This document shows, in pieces, positions 18,140-27,545 of a stretch of DNA of 64,000 nucleotides. The first letter of the stretch is position 1. Each line of letters starts with the position of its first letter. This DNA is from a virus: IMG/VR virus record IMGVR_UViG_3300047472_000449; one strand, 5' to 3'. The translations under genes and the position numbers were made by a program. Under the pieces are notes generated by a model. It was not told the origin of the DNA. It did not search any database and worked only from the letters and a program-made list of their open reading frames with translations.

Positions 18140-18367
18140 TTCCTTAGTCAGCTATCGTTTAGATATTCATTGTAACAAATTTACACACATTTCCAATATA
18201 TTATTGATAAATATCCCTTGATCAGCTCGCGCCGCAGTTGATTCCTATTTAGTGATGGCATCGATAATGGCATCACTGTCACCGTTTTTGGGGTCAGCGA
18301 CATTGACTTATAATTTAATTATGGGTATAGTTGTCATCAAATTAGTTGGGCCTGAAAAGGATTCCAG

Positions 18368-19141
18368 ATGAAGGCGTTTCGCATTGTTTTTGTAAGCCCC
18401 GTGCCGCATCAGGCTGATGCGGTGAAGGTTGATCAGTACATCGTGATGGCGCGAGAAGCCCATAATGCCCTGGCGCTACTCAAACGCCCTGCGGCACCCT
18501 ACCGGGCCTATGCCTTGCTGTTGGTCGATCCCATCGTCGGCGATCCTACCAGCACGCCGACTGCGGTAATCTCCGTTGAGGCGTTCGTTGCTCATCTGGT
18601 GAGCCAGCAGGAGCGCCCTGATCGCTATCGTTTCCTTGAGGCCAGTGAGCAGACGTTCTCTTTGCCCAAAATAGGCATCGACTACCTTGATGATGTACCA
18701 ACACCACTGGCTCCAGGAAAGCACGTTCATATTTTTCTGGAAGACCTTCATCGCTGGACGTGGGGCGGGAAAGTCATTGACCTGCAAAAGCTTGAGCAAG
18801 AGCACGAATACATCAGGTTTAGCGCCGTGAAAGCCTGCATCAGCAGCGAACCGGCCTGGATGGATGGTCGAGAATCAGGCTTTATCTACACTCGCCCAAC
18901 TGCTGAAGGCTTGGAGAGTGCATTTGTTGATTTGATCATCTACTTGGCGCCTGCTGAAGAGTACACCCAGGCCTACAGAGCCATCAGGGGCCTGCTGAAC
19001 GAGCTTCAGGATCACCCTATTGGCGCCATGATCTGGAAGACTGTGACCATCAACAAGATCGACAGCACTGAGGTTGAGTCCATCGTGGTTCGCACTCGAA
19101 TTGATTACGATGAATTCATGAAAGAACAGCGTCGTCGTTGA
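18368..19141 (+). CDS. hypothetical protein
   Basis: 257 aa ORF; promoter TTGACT(18303-18308) upstream. Confidence 0.75.
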   Translation: MKAFRIVFVSPVPHQADAVKVDQYIVMAREAHNALALLKRPAAPYRAYALLLVDPIVGDPTSTPTAVISVEAFVAHLVSQQERPDRYRFLEASEQTFSLPKIGIDYLDDVPTPLAPGKHVHIFLEDLHRWTWGGKVIDLQKLEQEHEYIRFSAVKACISSEPAWMDGRESGFIYTRPTAEGLESAFVDLIIYLAPAEEYTQAYRAIRGLLNELQDHPIGAMIWKTVTINKIDSTEVESIVVRTRIDYDEFMKEQRRR

Positions 19142-19178
19142 GAATCACCTCAGCATGCACATGACATGCTGAGGCGAC

Positions 19179-19628
19179 TTATTCCGCGAACTTGAGCAGC
19201 ATCACCAGCGGATGAATCCCGGAATCGACAAAGCCTGCCTTGAGATAAAACTGGCGGGCTTTTTCGTCTATGGCATGCGCCAGCAGCGCGGCAAAGCCCA
19301 TTGAGCTTGCGGCAATCTGAGCGCGCACCACCGCTTCACTCAGCAGGACTCTCCCAAGCCCCTGCCCTTGTGCCGACTGGCACACGGCCAGACGTTTCAG
19401 GACGATCACAGGCACTACCTTCGCGCCTTTGTACACGCAGCCCTGCGCCAGCGTATAAAAACCGGTTACTTCATCTCCAGTGCTCAACACGGACGTTCTG
19501 TCTGTCCGGTTCAGCTGCGACAAAAATCCGTGATTGATGAGCCACGAGTCAATCACCGGGCAGCCAGAATCAAAAGCTTCGACCCGGTGATGGGCTTCGA
19601 TGGGTGAAGGCGGTGCAATAGCGCTCAT
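19179..19628 (-). CDS. GNAT acetyltransferase toxin (TacT/AtaT family)
   Basis: FDSG...IDSWL, VPVIVLKRLAV.QSAQGQGLGRVLL, HAIDEKARQFYLKAGF; directly downstream of a DUF1778 gene. Confidence 0.85.
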   Translation of the reverse strand: MSAIAPPSPIEAHHRVEAFDSGCPVIDSWLINHGFLSQLNRTDRTSVLSTGDEVTGFYTLAQGCVYKGAKVVPVIVLKRLAVCQSAQGQGLGRVLLSEAVVRAQIAASSMGFAALLAHAIDEKARQFYLKAGFVDSGIHPLVMLLKFAE

Positions 19629-19630
19629 GT

Positions 19631-19900
19631 TCACGCTGTGGCCCACGGTTTTGGACGGGCCAGGAGCGATTGCAAGGCGGTATTGGTGGCCATTGGGTTG
19701 CTGTCCAGAGCCTGTTCAAACGCCGCCATGGCATCGTCATCAACCAGGAAATGGCACTGATCCAGGATGGTGTCGCGGGCTTCCCGGCACGCCACATCCA
19801 GCATGAATTCGGAGCGGTTCTGATTGCGAATTTGCGCGGCGCGGTCGATCAGGTCGCGTTGTTCGGACGATGCCCGAATATTGATCATTGGTGTTTTCAT
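19631..19900 (-). CDS. DUF1778 (TacA/AtaR family) RHH antitoxin
   Basis: INIRASSEQRDLIDRAA...NRSEFML...AFEQALD...ALQSLLARPKPW. Confidence 0.9.
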   Translation of the reverse strand: MKTPMINIRASSEQRDLIDRAAQIRNQNRSEFMLDVACREARDTILDQCHFLVDDDAMAAFEQALDSNPMATNTALQSLLARPKPWATA

Positions 19901-20023
19901 TTTTAACTGTCCATACGTTGTGTGTACAGGGATGATAGTGATCTGTATGTACACTGTCAATACAAAAAGCCAATGACCGTGACAGTCATTGGCTTTTTAG
20001 AAAAGCGATTGCCGATTAGGGCA

Positions 20024-20578
20024 TTAGAACAGCAGGTTCGCCCGGCGCTCATTCAACTCTGCTGTCATCTTTGTGATCTCGTGTTGAAGCTTGCTCCGCT
20101 CTTTGAGTAGATAGACGCAGCGGGCGTGATTGGACAGGCCAGTGTTGACGTGGGTGCGAAGCTTGTCCCGCAAAAACAATTCCATACTGTGTTCGTCGTA
20201 GTCCGGAGCGCCAACGCGCTTGGCCAAGTCATCGAAATCAGGAAAGAAAATATCTTGCGCATCGGTCACAAGCATATCCAGCGGATGCTCAAAATTCTTG
20301 TTCTGGATCTCGATCTCAGGAAACACTCCCGTCTCGACATAACGCCCCTTGAGCAGCGGTTTGCCTTCGAGGTGCGACAGTTGCAGCTCGGTGTACAGCG
20401 ATTCGCCGGGTACAAGCGTCTTGCCATCCAGCTCGCTGAGAATGACCTCGTTGAAGTTTCCTCCAAGGCCTTTGTCGTATGGAAAATCGAACGTCAATGA
20501 ACTGCCTTTGCGGGTGAACATCAGGATGGCCAAAAAGCCATAGTTGCGTGACATCAGCAAGCCGTATTCATATTCCAT
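20024..20578 (-). CDS. hypothetical protein, paralog of 20627-21259
   Basis: YGLLMSRNYGFLAILMFTR; C-terminal coiled coil. Confidence 0.8.
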   Translation of the reverse strand: MEYEYGLLMSRNYGFLAILMFTRKGSSLTFDFPYDKGLGGNFNEVILSELDGKTLVPGESLYTELQLSHLEGKPLLKGRYVETGVFPEIEIQNKNFEHPLDMLVTDAQDIFFPDFDDLAKRVGAPDYDEHSMELFLRDKLRTHVNTGLSNHARCVYLLKERSKLQHEITKMTAELNERRANLLF

Positions 20579-20626
20579 GGTTTCGTCCCTGAGTGGGTGG
20601 TTGATTGGGTTGGTTCCAAAAGATCG

Positions 20627-21259
20627 TCAGAACAGTGGTTGGGACAAGGCTTCCAAACGTTGATTTATGCGTTTCAATTCGCACTCCAGGTCACGCTTTG
20701 AAGATCGCAGATCGCTCATGGTGCGAAAAGCACTGAAGCCGTGCTGAAGGTCACGCCGCAGAGTGGCCACAACAAAAGTGCTCAACACGCGATAATCGGC
20801 ATTCATCGTGCGTGCCAGGGCAAGAAAGTTTGGGATGAAAATATCCTGGGCGTCGGAAATCAAAACGGCGCCATTATCCTCTTCAGCAGATTCATCGACA
20901 AACTCATCATCGTCATCGTCGTCATCTTTAACATACGGTGGCGGCAAGAGAATGTCAGGCAGTTTACCGGTGCTGGCGAAAAGGCCTTCCAGACGCGGAT
21001 TGCCGTCTGTGTGTCTCAGAGCAAGGTTCTGGTGAGGCGACTCAACGATATCGAATGATTTGCCTTGCATGTAGGCGTTGACGGTATCCAGCACGCTCTT
21101 TGGGTGGTAGAGGGGCATCGGCCATACGTTGCTTTCCGCGCAGGCTGGGTTGGAAGCGTCGTCCATCCCTTCGAAATGCAGCTTGCCGTCTTGACGACGA
21201 GTAAACATCAACAGGCCAATAAAGCCGTATTGGCGCGACATCAGAAGTCCGTAGATCAT
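20627..21259 (-). CDS. hypothetical protein, paralog of 20024-20578
   Basis: YGLLMSRQYGFIGLLMFTR; acidic DDDDDDDE insert. Confidence 0.8.
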   Translation of the reverse strand: MIYGLLMSRQYGFIGLLMFTRRQDGKLHFEGMDDASNPACAESNVWPMPLYHPKSVLDTVNAYMQGKSFDIVESPHQNLALRHTDGNPRLEGLFASTGKLPDILLPPPYVKDDDDDDDEFVDESAEEDNGAVLISDAQDIFIPNFLALARTMNADYRVLSTFVVATLRRDLQHGFSAFRTMSDLRSSKRDLECELKRINQRLEALSQPLF

Positions 21260-21357
21260 GCTTTATTGCCCTGTTTCAGGTACTTGGTTTTGGGTGCAAA
21301 AACGCAAACCCTACGAGCCGAATCTGGGGTATTGAATGACTGTCGGCTGAGGGTTTC

Positions 21358-21420
21358 AGTATAACAATTTTCGCCGCCGGTGTCAATGCAATTGACTCTG
21401 ACGTACTTGAACACTATAAT
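21358..21420. promoter_or_regulatory. back-to-back divergent sigma70 promoters
   Basis: minus: TTGACA(21381-21386)-17-TATACT; plus: TTGACT(21392-21397)-17-TATAAT. Confidence 0.85.
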
Positions 21421-21445
21421 GGATTCACTTAACAGGAGTTCATCC

Positions 21446-21841
21446 ATGAGCAATCGAAAATCTGCCAGCCAACTGCGACGAGAGTGGTGGATGCTGTGCA
21501 TTCGTGAGCAACTGCATGGCCGTCGAATTAACGTCGCTGGCCAAATGTATATGGATGATGACCTGCGCCGCTTGATCGCCAGTGGCGCGGTAACGTTGCA
21601 CCGTGTCAAGGCGGGATCTGGCCGACAAACAATGGTTAAGGTCGCCGATGGGCAGCCCAATCCTCCCGGCGACATTATTTGTCCGGATTGCAAACGCGGT
21701 AGCGATGCGAGCTATGCCGTTGAGCATAAGGTCGGTTGCGCCATTGGCCATCAGTACCCAGGCTCTGTTCGCTACCGTGACGCAGTGGAATCGTTTTTCA
21801 AGAAGGCTCCAAAGATCCTGTCAGCCAGTCACCGGGACTGA
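21446..21841 (+). CDS. wHTH-like + Cx2Cx11Hx3C zinc-finger protein, copy 1
   Basis: MSNRKSASQLRREWWMLCIRE...CPDCKR...HKVGC. Confidence 0.8.
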   Translation: MSNRKSASQLRREWWMLCIREQLHGRRINVAGQMYMDDDLRRLIASGAVTLHRVKAGSGRQTMVKVADGQPNPPGDIICPDCKRGSDASYAVEHKVGCAIGHQYPGSVRYRDAVESFFKKAPKILSASHRD

Positions 21842-22098
21842 TCTCCTCTTTTCTTGAAAAAGCCCTGAAGAAACGACTTGGCCCATTCCAGTCCTTGCTC
21901 ACTGAACGGATGGTCATCGTCAAATTGAACGATCAGCTTAAGTCCACTGTATGCGGGCATTGTATGAAAATCGTCATCTCCATTTCGTTGCTCATCAATG
22001 TACTGTTCAGCATCAAACCCCAGTCGATGAAAAAGATGGATTAGTGTTGCTCTGTCTTCTTCCAGTGTCTTGACGCGTTCTTCTAAATTCTCTGCCAT
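21829..22098 (-). CDS. hypothetical protein
   Basis: MAENLEERVKTLEEDR. Confidence 0.65.
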   Translation of the reverse strand: MAENLEERVKTLEEDRATLIHLFHRLGFDAEQYIDEQRNGDDDFHTMPAYSGLKLIVQFDDDHPFSEQGLEWAKSFLQGFFKKRGDQSR

Positions 22099-22289
22099 AT
22101 GGATCTCCAAATTCAGAAGACAGAATAACAAACCCTGCTTATAATATGGATTATATATTTCCGTTAACTCCGGTATTCCTCCATGAGCGATTAAGTGAAC
22201 CGAATTCGCTCATGTATTTGGGGTGGGATTAAGGCAGTTCTGATGGTTGGTATTAACTTTAATTGCAGGATTGAAAGGCGGGATCGATT

Positions 22290-22538
22290 ATGGATTGGGT
22301 TGCGTATACACTAATGCTACTAGTTTTTATTGTATTGATGATTTGTTTGCTAGCATGCTTTTTTTATCGAAATAACAAAAGACGCTTGAATAGGCTGTTG
22401 TTAGTGATGGCTTTTTTGGAAGTCGTTTTTATCGCCCTGTGCTTTTATTTTCCACCACCAGTGGCCGATGGTAGCAATGACGAAATCCATTTCGACTACT
22501 GCCAGTCTCACTGTGAAGTAAACACTGATCGTTTTTAG
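22290..22538 (+). CDS. small membrane protein
   Basis: two TM-like segments; AT-rich DNA. Confidence 0.6.
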   Translation: MDWVAYTLMLLVFIVLMICLLACFFYRNNKRRLNRLLLVMAFLEVVFIALCFYFPPPVADGSNDEIHFDYCQSHCEVNTDRF

Positions 22539-22688
22539 TCGCAACAATTAGGATTTATCAAAACGGTGCAGAAATTTGTTGAATGCCAAGACTCTGCATA
22601 GCCGTATTTCATACGGAAAGTGGCCAGGGGGTTGTTCTGCTCTCTCGCAGCCTTGGTGTGGCCCGTTTTACCGGGCCATCGTTCCGGA

Positions 22689-23294
22689 TTAGGCCGTCTT
22701 GATGTGCTTGAACTCTTCGAAGCGGTAGATCACCCAGCCAAGGTGTACCTCGACTTCGATGATGAATTCAAAGTCATAACCCGCCTCCATTTCACCCTCT
22801 TTGTTACGGTGCATGACCACGATTACGCCGTCCGGTGACAGGGTGACGTATAGGCCGTCCGTGATACGAACCACGCCTGCGGTGTCGGCGGTTGGCTCAA
22901 CAAAGCTTTCAACAACAAAGCCTTTAAAGAGCAGGCGCTCCGCAATAGCCTGTGCAGTCACAGGCGGAAGCTTGGCAATGGTGCCGTAAGTCACGAAGCA
23001 CTCAGCATGAACGGTCGGAAACGTCTCGATCATCTTTTTGCCTTGCATGTGCTTCAGGATGGCACGCACGTCGCGCCAGTCCTTGATATTCATCTGCTCT
23101 TCAATCGCAGTGGAAATTTCTTTCCAGTGCTTTGGGCTGTCGGTGATGATGGTGTTCAGGAGGGCGAGGCACTGTTGCTGATCGGCTGCTTTCATGTGGC
23201 ACCGTATTTCGTTGTTTAGGGTTTCATAATAGTAAAATTCGCTGATTTTGTCAATGTCAAAAACTATGGTGCCGGGCAGTATTGTCATTGACAT
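22689..23294 (-). CDS. hypothetical protein
   Basis: 201 aa ORF. Confidence 0.7.
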   Translation of the reverse strand: MSMTILPGTIVFDIDKISEFYYYETLNNEIRCHMKAADQQQCLALLNTIITDSPKHWKEISTAIEEQMNIKDWRDVRAILKHMQGKKMIETFPTVHAECFVTYGTIAKLPPVTAQAIAERLLFKGFVVESFVEPTADTAGVVRITDGLYVTLSPDGVIVVMHRNKEGEMEAGYDFEFIIEVEVHLGWVIYRFEEFKHIKTA

Positions 23295-23349
23295 TTACTG
23301 CCGGTTCCGTCATACTGAACGCCTTGATTGCAACGATGAGTTCGTCACC

Positions 23350-23577
23350 ATGAAAATTCAAATGACCACCGATGCTGGTTGTGCTCGCGGCGTTCTGGCC
23401 CACCAGTGGTTTAAGTCACTGGAGGAATCCAGGGATTACTGCAAGCTGGTGGTGCAGAAGACTTTCAGTGCGGTGCGGAAAAAGTCGATGCTGGCGAAAC
23501 TTGAGGCTTGTGACAGCCCTCAGGCGCTGACTAATGCCATGACCGGACTAACCCGCTACAGTTTCCATCAGGTCTAA
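23350..23577 (+). CDS. hypothetical protein
   Basis: probable start MKIQMTTD after promoter TTGACA-17-CATACT. Confidence 0.55.
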   Translation: MKIQMTTDAGCARGVLAHQWFKSLEESRDYCKLVVQKTFSAVRKKSMLAKLEACDSPQALTNAMTGLTRYSFHQV

Positions 23578-23599
23578 TCCACAACTCCAGGTGGCCACC

Positions 23600-23995
23600 A
23601 TGAGCAATCGAAAATCGAATAGCCAAAAGCGACGGGAGTGGTGGCTGCTGTGCATTCGCGAGCGACCAGAAGGCCGTGACATCAACCGCAGCCATTGCAT
23701 GCGCCGGGATGACACCTTGAATCAGTTGATCAAGGAAGGGGTTGTTACGCTCTTTCGTCGCACCCAGTCTTCGGGTTACGCCCTCACCCGCTACAGCTGC
23801 GTCAAGATGACCGATGGCTCGGTGAATCCGCCCGGCCACGTGGTCTGCCCAGACTGCAAGCGCTCCGGCGTTCGTACCAATGACATTAGACACAAAATCA
23901 ATTGCTGCCTGACCCGCAATGCGTGGTCGCCAGTGGCCTTCGGCATCAAGGCCAATCGTGGCCCCAAACAGCTCTCGGCCACCCATCTGGATTAA
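23600..23995 (+). CDS. wHTH-like + Cx2Cx11Hx3C zinc-finger protein, copy 2
   Basis: MSNRKSNSQKRREWWLLCIRE...CPDCKR...HKINC. Confidence 0.8.
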   Translation: MSNRKSNSQKRREWWLLCIRERPEGRDINRSHCMRRDDTLNQLIKEGVVTLFRRTQSSGYALTRYSCVKMTDGSVNPPGHVVCPDCKRSGVRTNDIRHKINCCLTRNAWSPVAFGIKANRGPKQLSATHLD

Positions 23996-24005
23996 GGTTC
24001 AAGCA

Positions 24006-24389
24006 ATGAGCGCACCAAAAGCAGTAAGTCAGCGGCTGATCGGCGTGGAGGCGGAGGTGCTTGAGATGGCCCTTCTGCAACTGGACGACGGCCCTCCTGA
24101 AACCAGGGCGTATGTCGTGGAGCGGCTGCGTCAGGCGCTGAACCTGTCGATTCCAGCTGAAGCCGACCATAGAACCGTTGAGGGAATGGCGCGTGCTGGT
24201 TGGCAGGTTGGCTGTGGAGCCTCGCACAACGGCCTTTGGACTATGCAGCGCGCTCGCCTTCCTTTTGAGTTTGAGAACAAACGGCACTGGTGTACACATA
24301 CCTTTCCTGAGTTGGTGGAAATCGCTGAAGGCTACGATTGGGGGCCGCGTGTCCTTGAGCCATTCGCTCATAAGAGAAGTGATCACTAG
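24006..24389 (+). CDS. hypothetical protein
   Basis: probable start MSAPKAVSQRL. Confidence 0.65.
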   Translation: MSAPKAVSQRLIGVEAEVLEMALLQLDDGPPETRAYVVERLRQALNLSIPAEADHRTVEGMARAGWQVGCGASHNGLWTMQRARLPFEFENKRHWCTHTFPELVEIAEGYDWGPRVLEPFAHKRSDH

Positions 24390-24471
24390 GCATAAATGGC
24401 TTATTATAGTCATCCGGATTGACATAATATCTGTTTAATGGTAATATTATTCAATCAAATGGAGAACCGCC

Positions 24472-24720
24472 ATGTCACTGACCGTCTCGCCTGTGTCCGC
24501 CTACAGTGCTCAGCACTCGGGTAATCGTCAGGCTGCTCCTGCTCAGAAAGCTGCTCAGCCTGCTGAAGCGCTGGCGTTTCAACAAGTCCTGGAGATGGCA
24601 ATGCTCGGCGTGAACCCTGCGGCCTTTGGTGGACCTTCGGTTCAGGCCAAGGCTGTTGAAAAGGCCAAGCCCTTGATTAACGCGCCGACTCCGGCGTCTG
24701 GCTCACGTGGTTACTACTAA
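24472..24720 (+). CDS. small Ala/Pro/Gln-rich protein
   Basis: GGAGA SD; own promoter TTGACA(24419-24424). Confidence 0.7.
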   Translation: MSLTVSPVSAYSAQHSGNRQAAPAQKAAQPAEALAFQQVLEMAMLGVNPAAFGGPSVQAKAVEKAKPLINAPTPASGSRGYY

Positions 24721-24758
24721 TCAGCTTGTTCATCCTCTTAATTTCGAGAAAAATAAGA

Positions 24759-25073
24759 ATGCTCCTGGAAAAATCCTCACCGGTCTTTTTGGCCGCTTTT
24801 GTATTTTTGTCCGGTTGTGCGACTAACTGTTCGCCGGTCATATTGGATCAGGAAATTGTGGAGGTTCATTTCACAATGCATTATCCCGAAAGCTCCAGCA
24901 AGGACTCGTGCCTGGGTGTTACCGAGCGAGTTTTCAGGTTTTCAGATTTTTATGATGCGCAGGGCGTTGAGGTGCATATCCCTCCAGTTGGGTACATTAT
25001 CAAACCTGAAGTTCCCTGTGAGGTTGATTCTCGGACTTTTAATGCGGCGATTGTTCCGATTGATTTTCCCTAG
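24759..25073 (+). CDS. lipoprotein, FTMH-YP family copy 1
   Basis: lipobox LSGC; FTMHYPESSSKDSC...CEVDSR. Confidence 0.75.
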   Translation: MLLEKSSPVFLAAFVFLSGCATNCSPVILDQEIVEVHFTMHYPESSSKDSCLGVTERVFRFSDFYDAQGVEVHIPPVGYIIKPEVPCEVDSRTFNAAIVPIDFP

Positions 25074-25127
25074 AGCTAGCGGGTTCCTGGCTGGATCTTT
25101 GCTCTATAAATTGTCTATCAGGAAATT

Positions 25128-25448
25128 ATGTCAATGAAGCAAATTACACTTGTCGTTTCTTTGGTAGCCAGCTTCGCAGTGGTGTCGGGTTGCTCCATTG
25201 GTTTCACGAGTAAAACAACAGAAGATCTTCAGTTCACCATGCATCGTTATCCGGCCAGCGCCGGTAAAGACGACGCCTGTGTTCATGTTAGGCAGCGCCT
25301 GTTGAGCATTGAGGAATCTGTCGATGGCAGTGGTTCGAAGCTCGTTTGGCCCAAACTCCAGAACATCGTGAGCACTGGTGCGGCTTGTCAGTCGGACTCG
25401 CGCCCTTTCGATCCAAACATTGTTCCGCCTGCGTATTACCTGCTTTGA
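25128..25448 (+). CDS. lipoprotein, FTMH-YP family copy 2
   Basis: lipobox VSGC; FTMHRYPASAGKDDAC...CQSDSR. Confidence 0.8.
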   Translation: MSMKQITLVVSLVASFAVVSGCSIGFTSKTTEDLQFTMHRYPASAGKDDACVHVRQRLLSIEESVDGSGSKLVWPKLQNIVSTGAACQSDSRPFDPNIVPPAYYLL

Positions 25449-25527
25449 TTCCAGCTCGGTGCCTGTCGTTATGGCTGGGCGCCGGTTTGTCGTTTTTTAA
25501 ACTCATTCCATTATTCAGAGAAAATCC

Positions 25528-25860
25528 ATGTCCTTGAAAAATTCTGCACTGATTGTTTTGTTGGGTGGCACTGCTCTTTTGGCCGCTCTGTCGGGCTGCT
25601 CGACACCTGTGAATCAAGCAGAACAGAAGCAAAACCATGACATCGAATTCACCATGCACCGTTACCCGGCTAACGCCGGTAAAGACGAGTGCGTGCATGT
25701 CACCAAGCGCCTCATGAGTCTTGCTGAATACCACCCGCTGCATGGCAGTGCGAGCCTGATCACACCGGAATTCGCTTACATCTTCAAGCGGGCGCCTTGC
25801 CAGATCGACTCGCTGCCGCTGGATTCGACGCTTGTACCCTACAACCTGCAAGTGCTTTGA
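25528..25860 (+). CDS. lipoprotein, FTMH-YP family copy 3
   Basis: lipobox LSGC; FTMHRYPANAGKDEC...CQIDS. Confidence 0.8.
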   Translation: MSLKNSALIVLLGGTALLAALSGCSTPVNQAEQKQNHDIEFTMHRYPANAGKDECVHVTKRLMSLAEYHPLHGSASLITPEFAYIFKRAPCQIDSLPLDSTLVPYNLQVL

Positions 25861-25869
25861 GGGCAAACC

Positions 25870-26241
25870 ATGAGTGATGCCAACACTGTCGGCGTGAAGC
25901 CTTACGGCTACGTCAATCCTAAAGGCTGCGGCCACACGTCCACGATCAAACCAGAGGCGGAAGGTGATTACACCCAGCCCGTCTTTACCCAGGTCGATGA
26001 TACGTCTGCTGAGCTGGCGCGTTACAAGCGTCTGTACGACCTTGAGTTGGCCCGCGCCATCAAGGCTGAGGGGGAGCTGATGGCGTTGACGTGGGCACAA
26101 GTCAACTGTGATGAAACACGCAAGCTGGCGTTGGTGATGGAAAAGGCCCGCTCCATTCTTTGTTCTGGTCAGTTCGATGAACTGGATGAATATCTGGAGC
26201 AGCTGGGTGTGATTGATGGCGCCGTCGAAACGTCAGTGTGA
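25870..26241 (+). CDS. phage-type hypothetical protein
   Basis: 123 aa ORF with SD. Confidence 0.7.
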   Translation: MSDANTVGVKPYGYVNPKGCGHTSTIKPEAEGDYTQPVFTQVDDTSAELARYKRLYDLELARAIKAEGELMALTWAQVNCDETRKLALVMEKARSILCSGQFDELDEYLEQLGVIDGAVETSV

Positions 26242-26299
26242 TTGACATTGGCGGCAACATTGGCTATAATCCACTCAACTTCAAGAAGGATCTTTCTCC

Positions 26300-26986
26300 A
26301 TGACCGAGCGCTTGCTGTCTCCACTGTCCACCCTGCATGAATGCGCCAAGCGTTTGCGCGCTGTGGCAAAAGATGAGTTCGGTCTGACCGTTTCCCGTGA
26401 TGACGTGCTGAAGGCATTGTTGTCCAGTCATAACGTCAGCACCGAGGCGCAGTACAAGCAAAAGCTGGATATCCAGGGTTTGGAACGCATTCAGCCTTCC
26501 TGCAATGGGATGAACCCCATTGAAGAGATCACGCACCTGATGAAAGAAGCGCTGCGCAACGCGCTGGCCGTGGAATCGCCGACCAGTATGGTGTTGATGG
26601 AATACATCCACCGTTTCTCGCAGCGTAAAACGACCTTCAATTTTTTCTGGGAAATGGATGATTCAGGGCTGACCGCCGCACTCAATGCGGTGATGATCGG
26701 CTTGGCGGATCAACGCTTGATGGAAGTCGCAAAGACAGTCAATCAGCATGCTTACGAATTCGACGAAGAGGATTTGTCTGCAAGCGAGTATTGGGGCAAG
26801 GCGGTTAATTATGCCGTGCTCTCGTTCGAGATGAGCCTGAACATGGCGTTGAGCCGCAAGCGTCAAACCAAGCAGCTGCTGGAGTTTTACAGTGAGCACG
26901 CTGTGACTGATCTGATTCGCTCGCGCCAATACCATGCGGCGGTTGAGCATGCCGTGGTCAACCTCGATTGGTTTTGCGGTCCTTGA
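26300..26986 (+). CDS. hypothetical protein
   Basis: 228 aa; perfect promoter TTGACA(26242-26247)-17-TATAAT. Confidence 0.75.
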   Translation: MTERLLSPLSTLHECAKRLRAVAKDEFGLTVSRDDVLKALLSSHNVSTEAQYKQKLDIQGLERIQPSCNGMNPIEEITHLMKEALRNALAVESPTSMVLMEYIHRFSQRKTTFNFFWEMDDSGLTAALNAVMIGLADQRLMEVAKTVNQHAYEFDEEDLSASEYWGKAVNYAVLSFEMSLNMALSRKRQTKQLLEFYSEHAVTDLIRSRQYHAAVEHAVVNLDWFCGP

Positions 26987-27002
26987 TTGGCCGGGAGTCA
27001 TC

Positions 27003-27449
27003 ATGAGCAACCGAAAAACTGCCCGTCAGCTGCGCCGTGAATGGTGGCTTCTGTGTATCCGTGAGCGCCCCGAGGGGCGCTTGATCAATTGTCAGGGCGG
27101 CATGGTCATGGACGACGACTTGCGCTACCTGATTGATGAGGGTGTAGTCGGTATCAAACGCCTTGTGGCGCACGGCATGCGCAAATTCACTATGGTGTTC
27201 CTCAAGGACGGTTCAACTAATCCGGTCGGTCCGGTGGTTTGCCCCTGCTGCAAGCGGATGCATTACCAAACCAAGGGCTTGATTCATAAGATGTCCTGCG
27301 TTGTGCCTAATAGCTACAATTCGGGCGCTTACCAGGGCATCGCCCTAGAGCGCTGCAAAAGGGACATGGGGCCGCTCAGTTACGTGTCATGGACTGGTGT
27401 GAACGAGCAAAGCGAGCGCTATATCGTTCCTGGTCGAGTCATTTACTGA
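27003..27449 (+). CDS. wHTH-like + Cx2Cx11Hx3C zinc-finger protein, copy 3
   Basis: MSNRKTARQLRREWWLLCIRE...CPCCKR...HKMSC. Confidence 0.8.
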   Translation: MSNRKTARQLRREWWLLCIRERPEGRLINCQGGMVMDDDLRYLIDEGVVGIKRLVAHGMRKFTMVFLKDGSTNPVGPVVCPCCKRMHYQTKGLIHKMSCVVPNSYNSGAYQGIALERCKRDMGPLSYVSWTGVNEQSERYIVPGRVIY

Positions 27450-27465
27450 TCCAGGGTCGCGATCA

Positions 27466-27545
27466 CAAAACCCGGCAAATTGCCGGGTTTTTTATTGGCG
27501 AGTGTTTTTTCAGCGACCCGTTAGCGGTCGATCTTCCGGGTCGCT
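27466..27545. terminator. two strong hairpins between convergent genes
   Basis: AAAACCCGGC/GCCGGGTTTT and CAGCGACCCG/CGGGTCGCTG. Confidence 0.7.

Noticed and set aside
24472-24720. FlgM/FliE-like flagellar protein (AFQQVLEMAM)
   Set aside because: The similarity is limited to composition and one short helix, and there is no flagellar context.
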